IMG/VR virus record: IMGVR_UViG_3300037991_005841
Coordinates: 1 to 56,961 of that record
DNA length: 56,961 nucleotides
Origin: a virus
Lineage: Duplodnaviria > Caudoviricetes
Strand: one strand, 5' to 3'
Both the position numbers and the translations under genes were made by a program. This document shows, in pieces, positions 1 through 9,156 of this stretch. The notes beneath the pieces are model-generated. The model saw only the letters and a program-made list of their open reading frames with translations, was not told where the DNA came from and made no database searches. Each line of letters begins with the position of its first letter. Position 1 is the first letter of the stretch.

Positions 1-1
1 T

Positions 2-55
2 TTTTCAGCGGATTGTGTAATCAGTAATATAAGAATAGAAAATGCAAGCGATTAA
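2..55 (+). CDS. 3' end of a probable phage GroEL-like chaperonin (partial)
   Basis: Frame 2 reads FSADCVISNIRIENASD*, resembling the GroEL C-terminal strand (TILxxDCVI). It overlaps the start of a GroES-like gene. Confidence 0.5.
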   Translation, partial: FSADCVISNIRIENASD

Positions 56-299
56 TTACTACGTAGTCTTTGAAAAAATTAAAGAACAACCTAAAAAGAT
101 AGGGGGTTTTGAATTAACAGAAGATCAAAATACCGATGTTAGGTATTTAAAAGGAAAAGTTGTATCAGTAGGTAACCTTGTTGAGGTTGTAAAACCTGGT
201 GATATAATACACTATGACAAGCACGCGGGTCATGGTATTGAATGGAATGATAAACTATATTATGTTATTAAAATGGCAGATATAGTTATTATTGAATAA
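42..299 (+). CDS. groES: Co-chaperonin GroES-like protein
   Basis: 85 aa; mobile-loop KKIGGFELT and GKVVSVGN..VKPGDIIHY..HAG motifs typical of Cpn10. Confidence 0.8.
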   Translation: MQAINYYVVFEKIKEQPKKIGGFELTEDQNTDVRYLKGKVVSVGNLVEVVKPGDIIHYDKHAGHGIEWNDKLYYVIKMADIVIIE

Positions 300-359
300 A
301 CAATTGAAATTTAATTTAGTCGTGCTGAATTTATTGTTTAACCCTTAAAAATTATTGAA

Positions 360-692
360 ATGGCAAAAATACAAGAAAAATTTTTGATTTTTATTGACGG
401 CGCAGATGATGCTGCAATGTTTCCGTTATCAAACCTACAGTCTATGACTTTAGCTGCTGACGGTCAATTAATAATCAAATTTGCTCCTGGGTCTCTTGGA
501 GACGGGCAAGCTGCTAGCGTCGATAGTGTTGCATTAACAATTACTGCTGATACTGAAAAAACAGTTATGCAAGCAATTGCTGATGCATGTGCTGATGCTT
601 ATTCTGCTGCTTCTATTGTTATCGCTGATGATGTAAACTCAGTTTACCTGCATAGCAATATTACAGCATGTGCTATCACACTTGATGCATAA
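360..692 (+). CDS. Hypothetical Ala/Asp-rich protein, possibly virion-associated
   Basis: 110 aa ORF with A-rich leader; its stop overlaps the next start (TAATG). Confidence 0.6.
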   Translation: MAKIQEKFLIFIDGADDAAMFPLSNLQSMTLAADGQLIIKFAPGSLGDGQAASVDSVALTITADTEKTVMQAIADACADAYSAASIVIADDVNSVYLHSNITACAITLDA

Positions 693-1132
693 TGAAATTA
701 GACGCGCATAGTTTGCGTGAACTAAACTTACTTAAGTATTACAGGCTCATTAGAAAGTGGGCCTGTAAAACTTATGGGTTAAAAGACGCAGACTTAGAAC
801 TTTTAATCTATTTAGATTGCAAATCACGATTTACACGTAATGAATTTATTGATGGCTCTTATACATATAGCTGGGACAAAGATAGATGGGAACGTTTAAG
901 ACGTGATGGTTGGATTGATGTATGGAGACAAAGAAACAGAACAACTATAAAATACAGTATATACAAAACCTCATTTAAATGTAGTCAACTTATATCTCGT
1001 ATATACAGAATAATGCTCGGTCAAGAAGACTTACCTACAAGCGAGCGAAGTGTATTTTATAATAATAAATCATATACCGATAAAGTCTATAACAAAGCTA
1101 TAGATGATATGATTAAAGATATAGATCGATAA
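692..1132 (+). CDS. Hypothetical protein, possible winged-helix DNA-binding fold
   Basis: 146 aa, translationally coupled; LKDADLELLIYL...RLRRDGWI pattern resembles MarR-like wHTH. Confidence 0.5.
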   Translation: MKLDAHSLRELNLLKYYRLIRKWACKTYGLKDADLELLIYLDCKSRFTRNEFIDGSYTYSWDKDRWERLRRDGWIDVWRQRNRTTIKYSIYKTSFKCSQLISRIYRIMLGQEDLPTSERSVFYNNKSYTDKVYNKAIDDMIKDIDR

Positions 1133-1500
1133 TGGGCTACACAATGAAAAGTAACATACCCGAACTATTAGGTATCAATCCTGAGTTATCAACTTACGAT
1201 ATACCTGTATTTGAGAAGGATTTAGAAAAAGGACATTGGGGAGCAGCGAATCGAGATAGAACGATACATGTTAATAAAAACATATCGGATAAAAATAAAA
1301 AGCATGCTGTTGAGCATGAAATGGAGCATATCAAACAATTTCGTAATGGAACTGTTAGATATGACAATAAAAATATATATTATAAACCTACGCTAAAATC
1401 ACCTATAAATATTATAGCTAGGAATTCAATAAAAGAGGGCGCTCACAACCTACCGTGGGAAAAAGCCATCTATGATAAAACAAAAAAGTATGCCAAGTAA
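1132..1500 (+). CDS. Zincin-like metallopeptidase with MGYxMK N-terminus
   Basis: HExxH motif (VEHEMEH) preceded by TIHVN and followed by LPWEK. Confidence 0.6.
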   Translation: MGYTMKSNIPELLGINPELSTYDIPVFEKDLEKGHWGAANRDRTIHVNKNISDKNKKHAVEHEMEHIKQFRNGTVRYDNKNIYYKPTLKSPINIIARNSIKEGAHNLPWEKAIYDKTKKYAK

Positions 1501-1777
1501 AAATGCACCATCAAGAAAAAAATCTTTAGGTTACTATAAAAAAGTAAACAAAAAAGGAGGAAGAGGGGCTAAAGCCGGAGGAGGTATGACCAAAAAAGGT
1601 GTAGCTAAATATAGAAGAGATAACCCAGGAAGTAAACTTAAAACTGCGGTTACAACACCACCATCTAAATTAAAAAGAGGTAGCAAAGCTTGGAAAAGAA
1701 GAAAATCATTCTGTGCTAGATCTCGTAGCTGGAAAAGCGAAAGAGGTAAAGCAGCTAGAAGAAAATGGAACTGTTAA
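1490..1777 (+). CDS. Small highly basic phage protein (DUF6321-like)
   Basis: GGMTKKGVAKYRRDNPGSKLKTAV..RRKSFCAR..ARRKWNC, a widespread marine phage motif; ATG at 1490 preferred over 1472. Confidence 0.65.
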   Translation: MPSKNAPSRKKSLGYYKKVNKKGGRGAKAGGGMTKKGVAKYRRDNPGSKLKTAVTTPPSKLKRGSKAWKRRKSFCARSRSWKSERGKAARRKWNC

Positions 1778-1778
1778 T

Positions 1779-1940
1779 ATGAAACCAAGAGGATTAGGAG
1801 ATAGTATACATAATTTTACAAAAGCAACAGGTATTAAAAAAATGGTAGATTCAGTATCTAACGGATTAAATATACCATGTGGATGCGAAGGCAGACGTAA
1901 AGCTATGAATGCTTTATTTCCATATAAATATAAAAAATAA
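1779..1940 (+). CDS. Small hypothetical protein with CGC motif
   Basis: MKPRGLGDSI..TGIKK..CGCEGRRKAMN; ATG 2 nt after the previous stop. Confidence 0.65.
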   Translation: MKPRGLGDSIHNFTKATGIKKMVDSVSNGLNIPCGCEGRRKAMNALFPYKYKK

Positions 1941-1944
1941 TAAA

Positions 1945-2481
1945 ATGGGTTATTCAATGAATATGGGATCTAGACAAAAAAATGATCCCAATAATTTTTC
2001 ACAAAAAGATCAGGGCACTATAAATCAAGCGCCTAATGCAATAACAAATATTGTAAGAAAAATAAAATTTAGTAAAAGTGGGCCTTATAATTTTGCTAGA
2101 AATATACTATCTGTTGGTGCAGCATTATTACCAGTACCATTTATTGGCAAAAAGAAGGTTGTTAAGCAAGTAGTACCTCAAGCGGCTGCAATTGCTAGAA
2201 AATTAAGAAATAATCCTAATTTATCAAATCTTGGTGGTACAGTTTATAAAAAGGGAGCAAAATTTAAATCGGTTTCAACAAAAGATAGAATTCAAAGTAA
2301 CATTGATAAACGTATTCAAAATTTAGTAAGTGATGTACCTAAAGTAAAAGGAGGTTATGTTCCTAAAGGTTATAAAAGTTATTCATCAAATATGTCAGAA
2401 TACAGAGTTGGTGGTAAACTATATGGTCATTATACAAAAGAAGGTAAATTGACAAATAAATTTATAAAAAAGGGAAAATAA
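1945..2481 (+). CDS. Basic protein with MGYSMNMGS leader motif
   Basis: ATG 1945 after TAATAAA; leader shared with neighbouring genes; Lys-rich. Confidence 0.6.
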   Translation: MGYSMNMGSRQKNDPNNFSQKDQGTINQAPNAITNIVRKIKFSKSGPYNFARNILSVGAALLPVPFIGKKKVVKQVVPQAAAIARKLRNNPNLSNLGGTVYKKGAKFKSVSTKDRIQSNIDKRIQNLVSDVPKVKGGYVPKGYKSYSSNMSEYRVGGKLYGHYTKEGKLTNKFIKKGK

Positions 2482-2482
2482 A

Positions 2483-3250
2483 ATGGGAAAAAAATATACA
2501 GTAAAAGATCTAAATAAAAACGGTAAGATAGACGGATGGGAGCAAGGAAAATACGATGCTATCAATTCAGCTACACCTATGAAAATGGATCATGGTAAAT
2601 CACCTATGAATAATTACAAAAAAGGTTATTATTCACCTATGAATAATTACAAGAAAGGTTATTATTCTATGAAAATGGGTAGCAAACAAATTGACTCACC
2701 AACAAACTTTAGTAGCAAATCTGCAATGCTAATGTCCAAATCACCTATGTATAATACCGATCCTTTTGTTGACAAACAAATGCAGAATCTTACTAGTCAA
2801 TATTCTTTACCAGACGTAAGTTCAAATTTAGACGCTATGAATAGTCAATATCAAATGAATGATTATAGGCTAGGTTCAAATGTTCAATCAGCTTCACCTG
2901 GCGGAGGTGGCGGAAGTGCTAATGATTTAATTATGGCTGGTGCTGGTGAAATCAAAAAAACAGCACAAAAAATAAAAGGTGTTGCTAAAAATATAGGACA
3001 AAAAATATTTAATCCTGATACAGAAGCTGGTAGGTATAGAAGACAAAACAGAGCTGTAAGACAAGAGCTAAGAAGAAACATGAGAACACAACGTGCCGAA
3101 GCAAGACAAGATGCAAGAACGGAAAGAGTTATAACTAGATATCAGCACAATGTTAATCCTAATAAATCTTCAAGTAGAATTAGCAAAATACAAAAAAGAC
3201 AGCAAAAAAGAAATCAAAAACTTCAACAAAGAAGAAATAAAAGAAAATAA
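2483..3250 (+). CDS. Basic protein with EF-hand-like N-terminus and internal SMKMGS/SPM repeats
   Basis: DLNKNGKIDGWE; SPMNNYKKGYY x2; Arg/Gln-rich C-terminus. Confidence 0.6.
   Translation: MGKKYTVKDLNKNGKIDGWEQGKYDAINSATPMKMDHGKSPMNNYKKGYYSPMNNYKKGYYSMKMGSKQIDSPTNFSSKSAMLMSKSPMYNTDPFVDKQMQNLTSQYSLPDVSSNLDAMNSQYQMNDYRLGSNVQSASPGGGGGSANDLIMAGAGEIKKTAQKIKGVAKNIGQKIFNPDTEAGRYRRQNRAVRQELRRNMRTQRAEARQDARTERVITRYQHNVNPNKSSSRISKIQKRQQKRNQKLQQRRNKRK
2600..2665 (+). repeat. 33-bp tandem duplication (2 copies, 1 mismatch)
   Basis: tcacctatgaataattacaa(a/g)aaaggttattat twice, encoding SPMNNYKKGYY. Confidence 0.95.
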
Positions 3251-3251
3251 A

Positions 3252-3620
3252 ATGGGATATTCAATGAAAATGGGGTCAAAAGAAAAACATTCACCCATAA
3301 ATTTTAAAGATAAAGATGCAATGTTAATGTATCAATCACCTATGTTGCGTCACCATCATGAAGGAAGAGGTGGCAAAGATGAAATTGAAGCTGAGAACAA
3401 ATCTGATATTAAGTTAAGTACTATTAAAAAGAAAAATATAGATGATTTTCCCGTTCTTAATTTTTCAAAAAAAGAAATAGATTCTATATCAAAAGATAGT
3501 TCCAAACAGTCTTATGATTTTTTATATTCAATAGTTGGTAAACCATTTGCTACAACCGAAAAGCCAAAAGGTTCAGTTCAATCAAGAATGGATGCATATT
3601 TAAAATCTATAAAAAAATAA
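3252..3620 (+). CDS. Protein with MGYSMKMGS leader motif
   Basis: ATG 3252 just after the previous stop; MGYSMKMGSKEKHSPINF..AMLMYQSPM. Confidence 0.6.
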   Translation: MGYSMKMGSKEKHSPINFKDKDAMLMYQSPMLRHHHEGRGGKDEIEAENKSDIKLSTIKKKNIDDFPVLNFSKKEIDSISKDSSKQSYDFLYSIVGKPFATTEKPKGSVQSRMDAYLKSIKK

Positions 3621-3624
3621 TAAA

Positions 3625-4296
3625 ATGGGATATAAAATGAAAAACCCTGGTATAGGGAAATTAATAAGAGGTAATATTCTTGGTGAACAAGCAATATTTT
3701 CAAGAGTTGAAAAAAAAGACGATCAAGGTTATAGATATTTAAATAGTAGATTTACAACAAATCCACCAAAAAATTTTAAAAACCCTATGGCTGGTTATGG
3801 ACGAGGACCATGGACTCAGTCTAAACAGGATAAATTTGAAGCTGATAACAAATTAAAATTTTATTTCGGAGGTAATCATAAACTTAGAAAAGATGCAAAT
3901 AAAGATGCAAAAATAGCTTCTAGGAATTATGATATAATGCAAAGACGTCTTTATAAAGCAGGAAAAACGTATGATAAAAATCCTGTAAAAGCATTAAGAA
4001 AGTTTGAAAAAACAATGCATAAAATACAAAAAAGAAGTAGTAAAATGCGTTTAAAAGGATCAGATATTGGATCAGTTGTTTATTATAATGATAAACTAAT
4101 GCAAAAAAGGTTTGCAAAATCATTTTTGGCTCCGCAAATTTTAGGTGGTACATTTGGTAAAACAATGGGTTCTTATAAAAAGAAATATGGTAGATATTTA
4201 AATTTAGATCGTGATATGGCTACTTTAAAACCAGGATCTACATATTATAAATATAAAGTTTCTCAAGGATACGATAAAGACTATTTAAATAAATAG
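3625..4296 (+). CDS. Basic protein with MGYKMK leader
   Basis: 223 aa Lys-rich ORF, tightly packed. Confidence 0.6.
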   Translation: MGYKMKNPGIGKLIRGNILGEQAIFSRVEKKDDQGYRYLNSRFTTNPPKNFKNPMAGYGRGPWTQSKQDKFEADNKLKFYFGGNHKLRKDANKDAKIASRNYDIMQRRLYKAGKTYDKNPVKALRKFEKTMHKIQKRSSKMRLKGSDIGSVVYYNDKLMQKRFAKSFLAPQILGGTFGKTMGSYKKKYGRYLNLDRDMATLKPGSTYYKYKVSQGYDKDYLNK

Positions 4297-4298
4297 AC

Positions 4299-4757
4299 AT
4301 GAGTGATAAAAAGAAATTTAAAGACACAACAGTCGGAAAATTATTATTTGGTGCCGCTTCAGTTGTTTCACCGCAACTTGGTGCCGTATTAAACGGTGTA
4401 ACTTCACCTAAAGATGCAATTGCTGAAATAGGCAAAGCAAAAATATCTACAGACGATAAAATAAAATTACAACAATTAATATACGATCAGCAAAACAAAG
4501 AAATGGAGTCAATAAGTATGAGGTGGAAAGCAGATTCCGCATCAGACTCATGGCTTTCAAAAAACGTGCGACCTATGGTTTTAATATGGTGTATCGTTGT
4601 TTTTTCATTTGCTGGTATACTAGACTCGGTAAATTCAATAGATTTTCAAATCAACGCATTGTGGAATGACACCTTTGAAAAAGTTATGATGGCTGTTGTT
4701 ATTTCCTATTTCGGTTCGAGAGGGATTGAAAAGTCTACAAATATAATCAAAAAGTAA
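4299..4757 (+). CDS. Holin-like membrane protein (3TM GTA-holin family)
   Basis: RWKAD..SDSWLSKNVRP, TM helices and C-terminal YFGSRGIEK, typical of this family. Confidence 0.7.
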   Translation: MSDKKKFKDTTVGKLLFGAASVVSPQLGAVLNGVTSPKDAIAEIGKAKISTDDKIKLQQLIYDQQNKEMESISMRWKADSASDSWLSKNVRPMVLIWCIVVFSFAGILDSVNSIDFQINALWNDTFEKVMMAVVISYFGSRGIEKSTNIIKK

Positions 4758-5113
4758 TGCCTAGAATAAAAAATTATGCTCAAGACACAGCCGTTACAGC
4801 AGCAGATACTGTAATAGGAACAGATGAATCAGGAAATACAGTTACATTTACTATGCAACAAATTGCTGATTTTTCAAATAATGATGGTAGCACTAGTAAT
4901 TATAAACATCATCAAAATAGTGCGGCAACTACATGGACTATAACGCATAATTTAGATTTGGTGGATTACTTACCACATGTAAATATAAAATTATCCGGAG
5001 GTGGTACATATAATAATGTACAAGCAATGGGTATAGTTACTTATGTAACAAAAGATCAATTAACAATAAGCTTAGCAGATGCCCAAAGTGGCTATGCTTA
5101 TATATTAAAATAA
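4757..5113 (+). CDS. Putative fibre/virion structural protein
   Basis: HHQNSAATTWTITHNL...SGYAYI motif seen in phage fibre-associated proteins. Confidence 0.5.
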   Translation: MPRIKNYAQDTAVTAADTVIGTDESGNTVTFTMQQIADFSNNDGSTSNYKHHQNSAATTWTITHNLDLVDYLPHVNIKLSGGGTYNNVQAMGIVTYVTKDQLTISLADAQSGYAYILK

Positions 5114-5115
5114 CA

Positions 5116-5129
5116 GCGAGTAGTCTCGC
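5116..5129 (+). other. Short intergenic hairpin
   Basis: GCGAG-TAGT-CTCGC. Confidence 0.4.
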
Positions 5130-5149
5130 ATTTAACTAAAAAAAAAATT

Positions 5150-6565
5150 ATGGCAATACCAATTTTAAATCACATGGATTTCCAAAAATCGGCGGAAATC
5201 AGAAACGTGAGGCTACACAATACAACAAGTGGCGGCGTCACATCACCAGGAACTGGTCAAATAATATACGATACCGGAGGTAGTAGTATAAAATTTTACA
5301 ATGGGTCTTCTTGGGTTGAAGTTGGGTCTGGATCTGGTACAGTAACATCTGTAACTGCTGGTGACGGTATGACTCAAACAGGTACATCAACAATTAATCC
5401 TACTTTAAATGTTGTAGGTGGTGATGGTATCACATCTAGTGCTAATGAAATAGAAGTAGCAGTAGATGATTCAACAATAGGATTATCTGCAACTAATGGG
5501 TCAGGAAATGTATTCGTTAAAAATGGCGGTATTGGTACTACTCAAATAGCAGACGACGCAGTAACTGAAGATAAATTAGCTGACGACTCTGTTAATAGCG
5601 AACACTATGTTGACGGATCTATTGATACAGCTCACATTGCAAATGATCAAGTAACATATGTTAAAATGCAAAATGTTGCAACAGCAAATAGGGTATTAGG
5701 TTCTGCATCAGCGGATGGTGTAATTAGTGAAATCCAAGTTGCAACAGCAATGATTGCTGACGATGCTGTAACCAGCGCTAAATTAGCACATGACATTACA
5801 ATTGCTAATGATTTAACAGTTAGCGGTAATTTAACTGTATCGGGTGATACTATAACAGCAAATGTTGGAACATTAAATGTTGAAGATAAAAATATAACAT
5901 TAAATCAAGCAGGAAGTGATACGAGCTCAACAGCAGATGGAGCGGGTCTTACTATTCAAGATGCAATAGATGCTTCAACTGATGCTACTCTTTTATGGGA
6001 TCAAAGTGATGAGGCATTTGATTTTTCTCATAAAGTTACAGCTCCAGATCTTGTAATTGATAATATTAGAATTAATGGAAGTAATATTGGTCATACATCA
6101 GATACTGATTTAATGGCTTTATCTGCAGGATCGGTAACTGTTGCTGGTAATATAGTTGCAGCAAATTTTAATGCTAGCGGTAATATTAATTTAACAGGAA
6201 CCGGTAATATAACCTATGAGGGTACAGCTAATGATCATGAACAAACAATATCATTTACAGATCCGACTGCTGATAAAACAATAACTGTACCAAATGCAAC
6301 TGGTGGTATGGTAGTGGGTATTACTAAAAAACTATCTGGTGATGGTACAAACACAACATACACAATAACACATAGCTTTGGTTCACCAATAGTTTCCGTG
6401 ACAGTTTTAGATTATGGAAATGATGGTTCAGGCGCTACTTATGACCAAGTGCTTGTTGAAATTCAAAGAAATAGTGATGATGCTGTTGATTTAATATTCG
6501 CTAGTGCCCCTTCGGCAACACAGGATTATTTAGTACTTATATCTAAATTTCCAGCAATATCTTAA
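5150..6565 (+). CDS. Tail/capsid fibre protein
   Basis: GQIIYDT..KFYNGSSW, IADDAVTxxKLA repeats, LTVSGNLTVSG, LNVEDKNITLN, typical of marine phage fibres. Confidence 0.75.
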   Translation: MAIPILNHMDFQKSAEIRNVRLHNTTSGGVTSPGTGQIIYDTGGSSIKFYNGSSWVEVGSGSGTVTSVTAGDGMTQTGTSTINPTLNVVGGDGITSSANEIEVAVDDSTIGLSATNGSGNVFVKNGGIGTTQIADDAVTEDKLADDSVNSEHYVDGSIDTAHIANDQVTYVKMQNVATANRVLGSASADGVISEIQVATAMIADDAVTSAKLAHDITIANDLTVSGNLTVSGDTITANVGTLNVEDKNITLNQAGSDTSSTADGAGLTIQDAIDASTDATLLWDQSDEAFDFSHKVTAPDLVIDNIRINGSNIGHTSDTDLMALSAGSVTVAGNIVAANFNASGNINLTGTGNITYEGTANDHEQTISFTDPTADKTITVPNATGGMVVGITKKLSGDGTNTTYTITHSFGSPIVSVTVLDYGNDGSGATYDQVLVEIQRNSDDAVDLIFASAPSATQDYLVLISKFPAIS

Positions 6566-6576
6566 TAAATAATTAA

Positions 6577-6607
6577 AATACAGCGGCACTTCGGTGCCGT
6601 CAGTATT
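6577..6607 (+). terminator. cUUCGg hairpin (terminator or RNA-stability element)
   Basis: GCGGCAC-TTCG-GTGCCGT with AATAC/GTATT extension; weak U tail. Confidence 0.55.
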
Positions 6608-6624
6608 AATTTCAATATAATAAT

Positions 6625-7044
6625 ATGGCTATACCTACATTAAGTAATCTCGCTCCATTTAATTTTGGTGGAACAGGTTTTAAAACTATTGATGCTAATA
6701 GTAGCACAGGTAAAATAACTATTGATTTATCCGATTCTGAAAATAACTTTATTTTAAATGCTAGAAATGGTAATAATAACTATTTATTTTTTACGGGTAT
6801 TTCTTCAGCTGAATATGGAAAATCAGGAACATGCTTTTTAGTAAATGGTGGCTCAAGTACAGAATGGCTGAGTAGTTGTTTTTATAATGGTACAACTAAT
6901 GAAACCTATACACCCGGAGGTTCTGTCCCGGGTATACCACCTTCAGGGGCTAATAAGGTATCTATGCTAACTTATTTTATTAATAACAGCGGTGATATAT
7001 ATATTAATGTAGTTAACGATTGGCAAGCTCATCCAGCACCATAA
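6625..7044 (+). CDS. Putative fibre base/adaptor protein
   Basis: 139 aa beta-rich; ITIDLSDSENNF..SGT..LVN..SMLTYF; MAIP start shared with 5150. Confidence 0.5.
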   Translation: MAIPTLSNLAPFNFGGTGFKTIDANSSTGKITIDLSDSENNFILNARNGNNNYLFFTGISSAEYGKSGTCFLVNGGSSTEWLSSCFYNGTTNETYTPGGSVPGIPPSGANKVSMLTYFINNSGDIYINVVNDWQAHPAP

Positions 7045-7056
7045 AATATTTTTAGT

Positions 7057-9156
7057 ATGAGGTGGTTGTGGAACAGAATTTACCTATTTAATACTACTGA
7101 ATCAAGAACAACCAGTAAGACAACTAGTAGGTCAACTTCTACATCTAGATCTACATCTACAAGTCGATCTACATCTACAAGCAGATCTACAGCAACTACA
7201 ATTAGCACATCTAGAACAACTACTTTTAGTACTAGTAGAACAACTACATTTAGTACATCTAAAGAAACTTCAACTGTTTATAATACAAGTACCGCAACAG
7301 CTACATCTAGGTCAACCACTTTTTCGACCAGTAAATCTACAACAACTACATTTGCAACATCTAAAAGTACAAATACAACTTTTTCAACTCAAAAAGATAC
7401 TACCACAGTATATACAACTTCATTTAGTACCTCTAGAACAACAAATACTATAACTATAACATATTATTCTACAAATAAAACAACAACAGTTGGGACTACT
7501 AGATCAACAACAACAACGTTCAATACAAGTACTATAACAAGCAAAGCAACTACAACTAATTATAATACTAGTACTACTACAACTATATTTGATACAGGTA
7601 GAGACACTACAACTATATACAGTACAACTTTTTCTACATTTGTAAGAAACTCAATTGGTACATTAATAACAGCATATAATACAAGTACGACTACAACAAC
7701 AGTATATAATACATCTACAAATACTACAACCACTTTTAGTACAAGTCTTATAACAAGTAAATCTACAACAACTACATTTAATACATCTAGAACAACAGTA
7801 TATAATACTTCTACCACAACAAGCACAAGTAGAAGTACAAGCACAATATATACTACAACAACAGTATATAATACTACGAGATCTACTACTACAACATTTT
7901 CTACTAGTAAACCAACAACTACAACGTTCAATACAAGTACCGTAACAACAACAGCGTATACAACTACATTTAACACCACAAGATCTACTACGACTACGTT
8001 TTCTACTAGCAAATCAACAACAACTACGTTTGCTACAAGTAGATCAACTACTACGTCGTTTACAACAACATTTGGTACTAGTAAATCAACTACTACTACA
8101 TTTAGTACAAATAGAAATACAACTGAAAGTAGAAATACAACAACAACGTATACAACAACGACTACATTTGCAACATCTAAAACAACAACTAGGTCAACGA
8201 CTACGACATTTGCAACATCTAGAACAACAACATTTGCAACATCAAGAGGAACTAGTAGAAGTACAACAACTACGTTTGCAACTTCAAGAACAACTACGTT
8301 TGCAACTTCTAGGTCTACAACTAGATCAACAACAACAACATATAACACGTCTAAAAGTACAACAGAATCGAGAAGTACGACAACAACGTATACAACTACG
8401 ACAACATATAATACGTCTAAATCAACGACTACAACTTATAATACAACTAGATCAACAACTACCACGTTTAATACAACAAGAAGTACAAGCACAGTATATA
8501 CTACAAGTATTATAACATCTAGAACAACGACGTTTAATACAAGTAAAGCTACAGGAACATCTAAGTCAACAACAACAGCTTACGCTACTACGACAACATA
8601 TAATACAAGTAAATCTACAACAACTGTGTATGCTACGTCAGTTTCAGTAACTCAAGTAGGGTATAATTCAAGTGCCACAACATATTTTGATGCATGTAAT
8701 GAATTTATTTGTTGTAACCTTTGGATTACTAACCCGCAGCCAGGCGGTGTTCCTACAGCAAACTCTTCTGTAGCATATACAAATTCTAGTGCTACATCAA
8801 CATTAGCAAATGGATTATATGCATATCAAGATACTACTGGTGGTTTTGGTGCAACACATTTTATTACTGTTACAGGTGGTTCTGGATTAATTACAGCTGT
8901 AAATAACTGTAGTGGTGGTGGTTTTTCAGATAGAAGAATTAAAAAAGATATTAAACTAATAGGTGTATCACCAAAAGGAATTAATATTTATGAATTTAGA
9001 TTTATAAATAATATATATGAAGGATTGTGGCAAGGTGTTATGGCAGATGAGGTTAAAGACATGCACCCTAATTTAGTTTCAAAAATAGGTGGTTATGATT
9101 ACGTAAACTACGGAAATTATGGATTAGATGTTGAATTTAAACAAATTGGTAAGTAA
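7057..9156 (+). CDS. Thr-rich fibre chain A with Cys-containing tip domain and C-terminal intramolecular chaperone (Peptidase_S74-like)
   Basis: aa 11-530 Thr/Ser repeats; C-terminal FSDRRIKKDIKLIG..IYEF..GVMADEV..VNY is the S74 autocleaving chaperone signature. Confidence 0.8.
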   Translation: MRWLWNRIYLFNTTESRTTSKTTSRSTSTSRSTSTSRSTSTSRSTATTISTSRTTTFSTSRTTTFSTSKETSTVYNTSTATATSRSTTFSTSKSTTTTFATSKSTNTTFSTQKDTTTVYTTSFSTSRTTNTITITYYSTNKTTTVGTTRSTTTTFNTSTITSKATTTNYNTSTTTTIFDTGRDTTTIYSTTFSTFVRNSIGTLITAYNTSTTTTTVYNTSTNTTTTFSTSLITSKSTTTTFNTSRTTVYNTSTTTSTSRSTSTIYTTTTVYNTTRSTTTTFSTSKPTTTTFNTSTVTTTAYTTTFNTTRSTTTTFSTSKSTTTTFATSRSTTTSFTTTFGTSKSTTTTFSTNRNTTESRNTTTTYTTTTTFATSKTTTRSTTTTFATSRTTTFATSRGTSRSTTTTFATSRTTTFATSRSTTRSTTTTYNTSKSTTESRSTTTTYTTTTTYNTSKSTTTTYNTTRSTTTTFNTTRSTSTVYTTSIITSRTTTFNTSKATGTSKSTTTAYATTTTYNTSKSTTTVYATSVSVTQVGYNSSATTYFDACNEFICCNLWITNPQPGGVPTANSSVAYTNSSATSTLANGLYAYQDTTGGFGATHFITVTGGSGLITAVNNCSGGGFSDRRIKKDIKLIGVSPKGINIYEFRFINNIYEGLWQGVMADEVKDMHPNLVSKIGGYDYVNYGNYGLDVEFKQIGK

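Noticed and set aside
1472-3251. Upstream-extended starts in the ORF track (1472, 1713, 1909, 3150; also 13221, 45098, 49711, 51370)
   Set aside because: They overlap neighbouring genes; downstream ATGs with A-rich leaders fit the tight coupling better.
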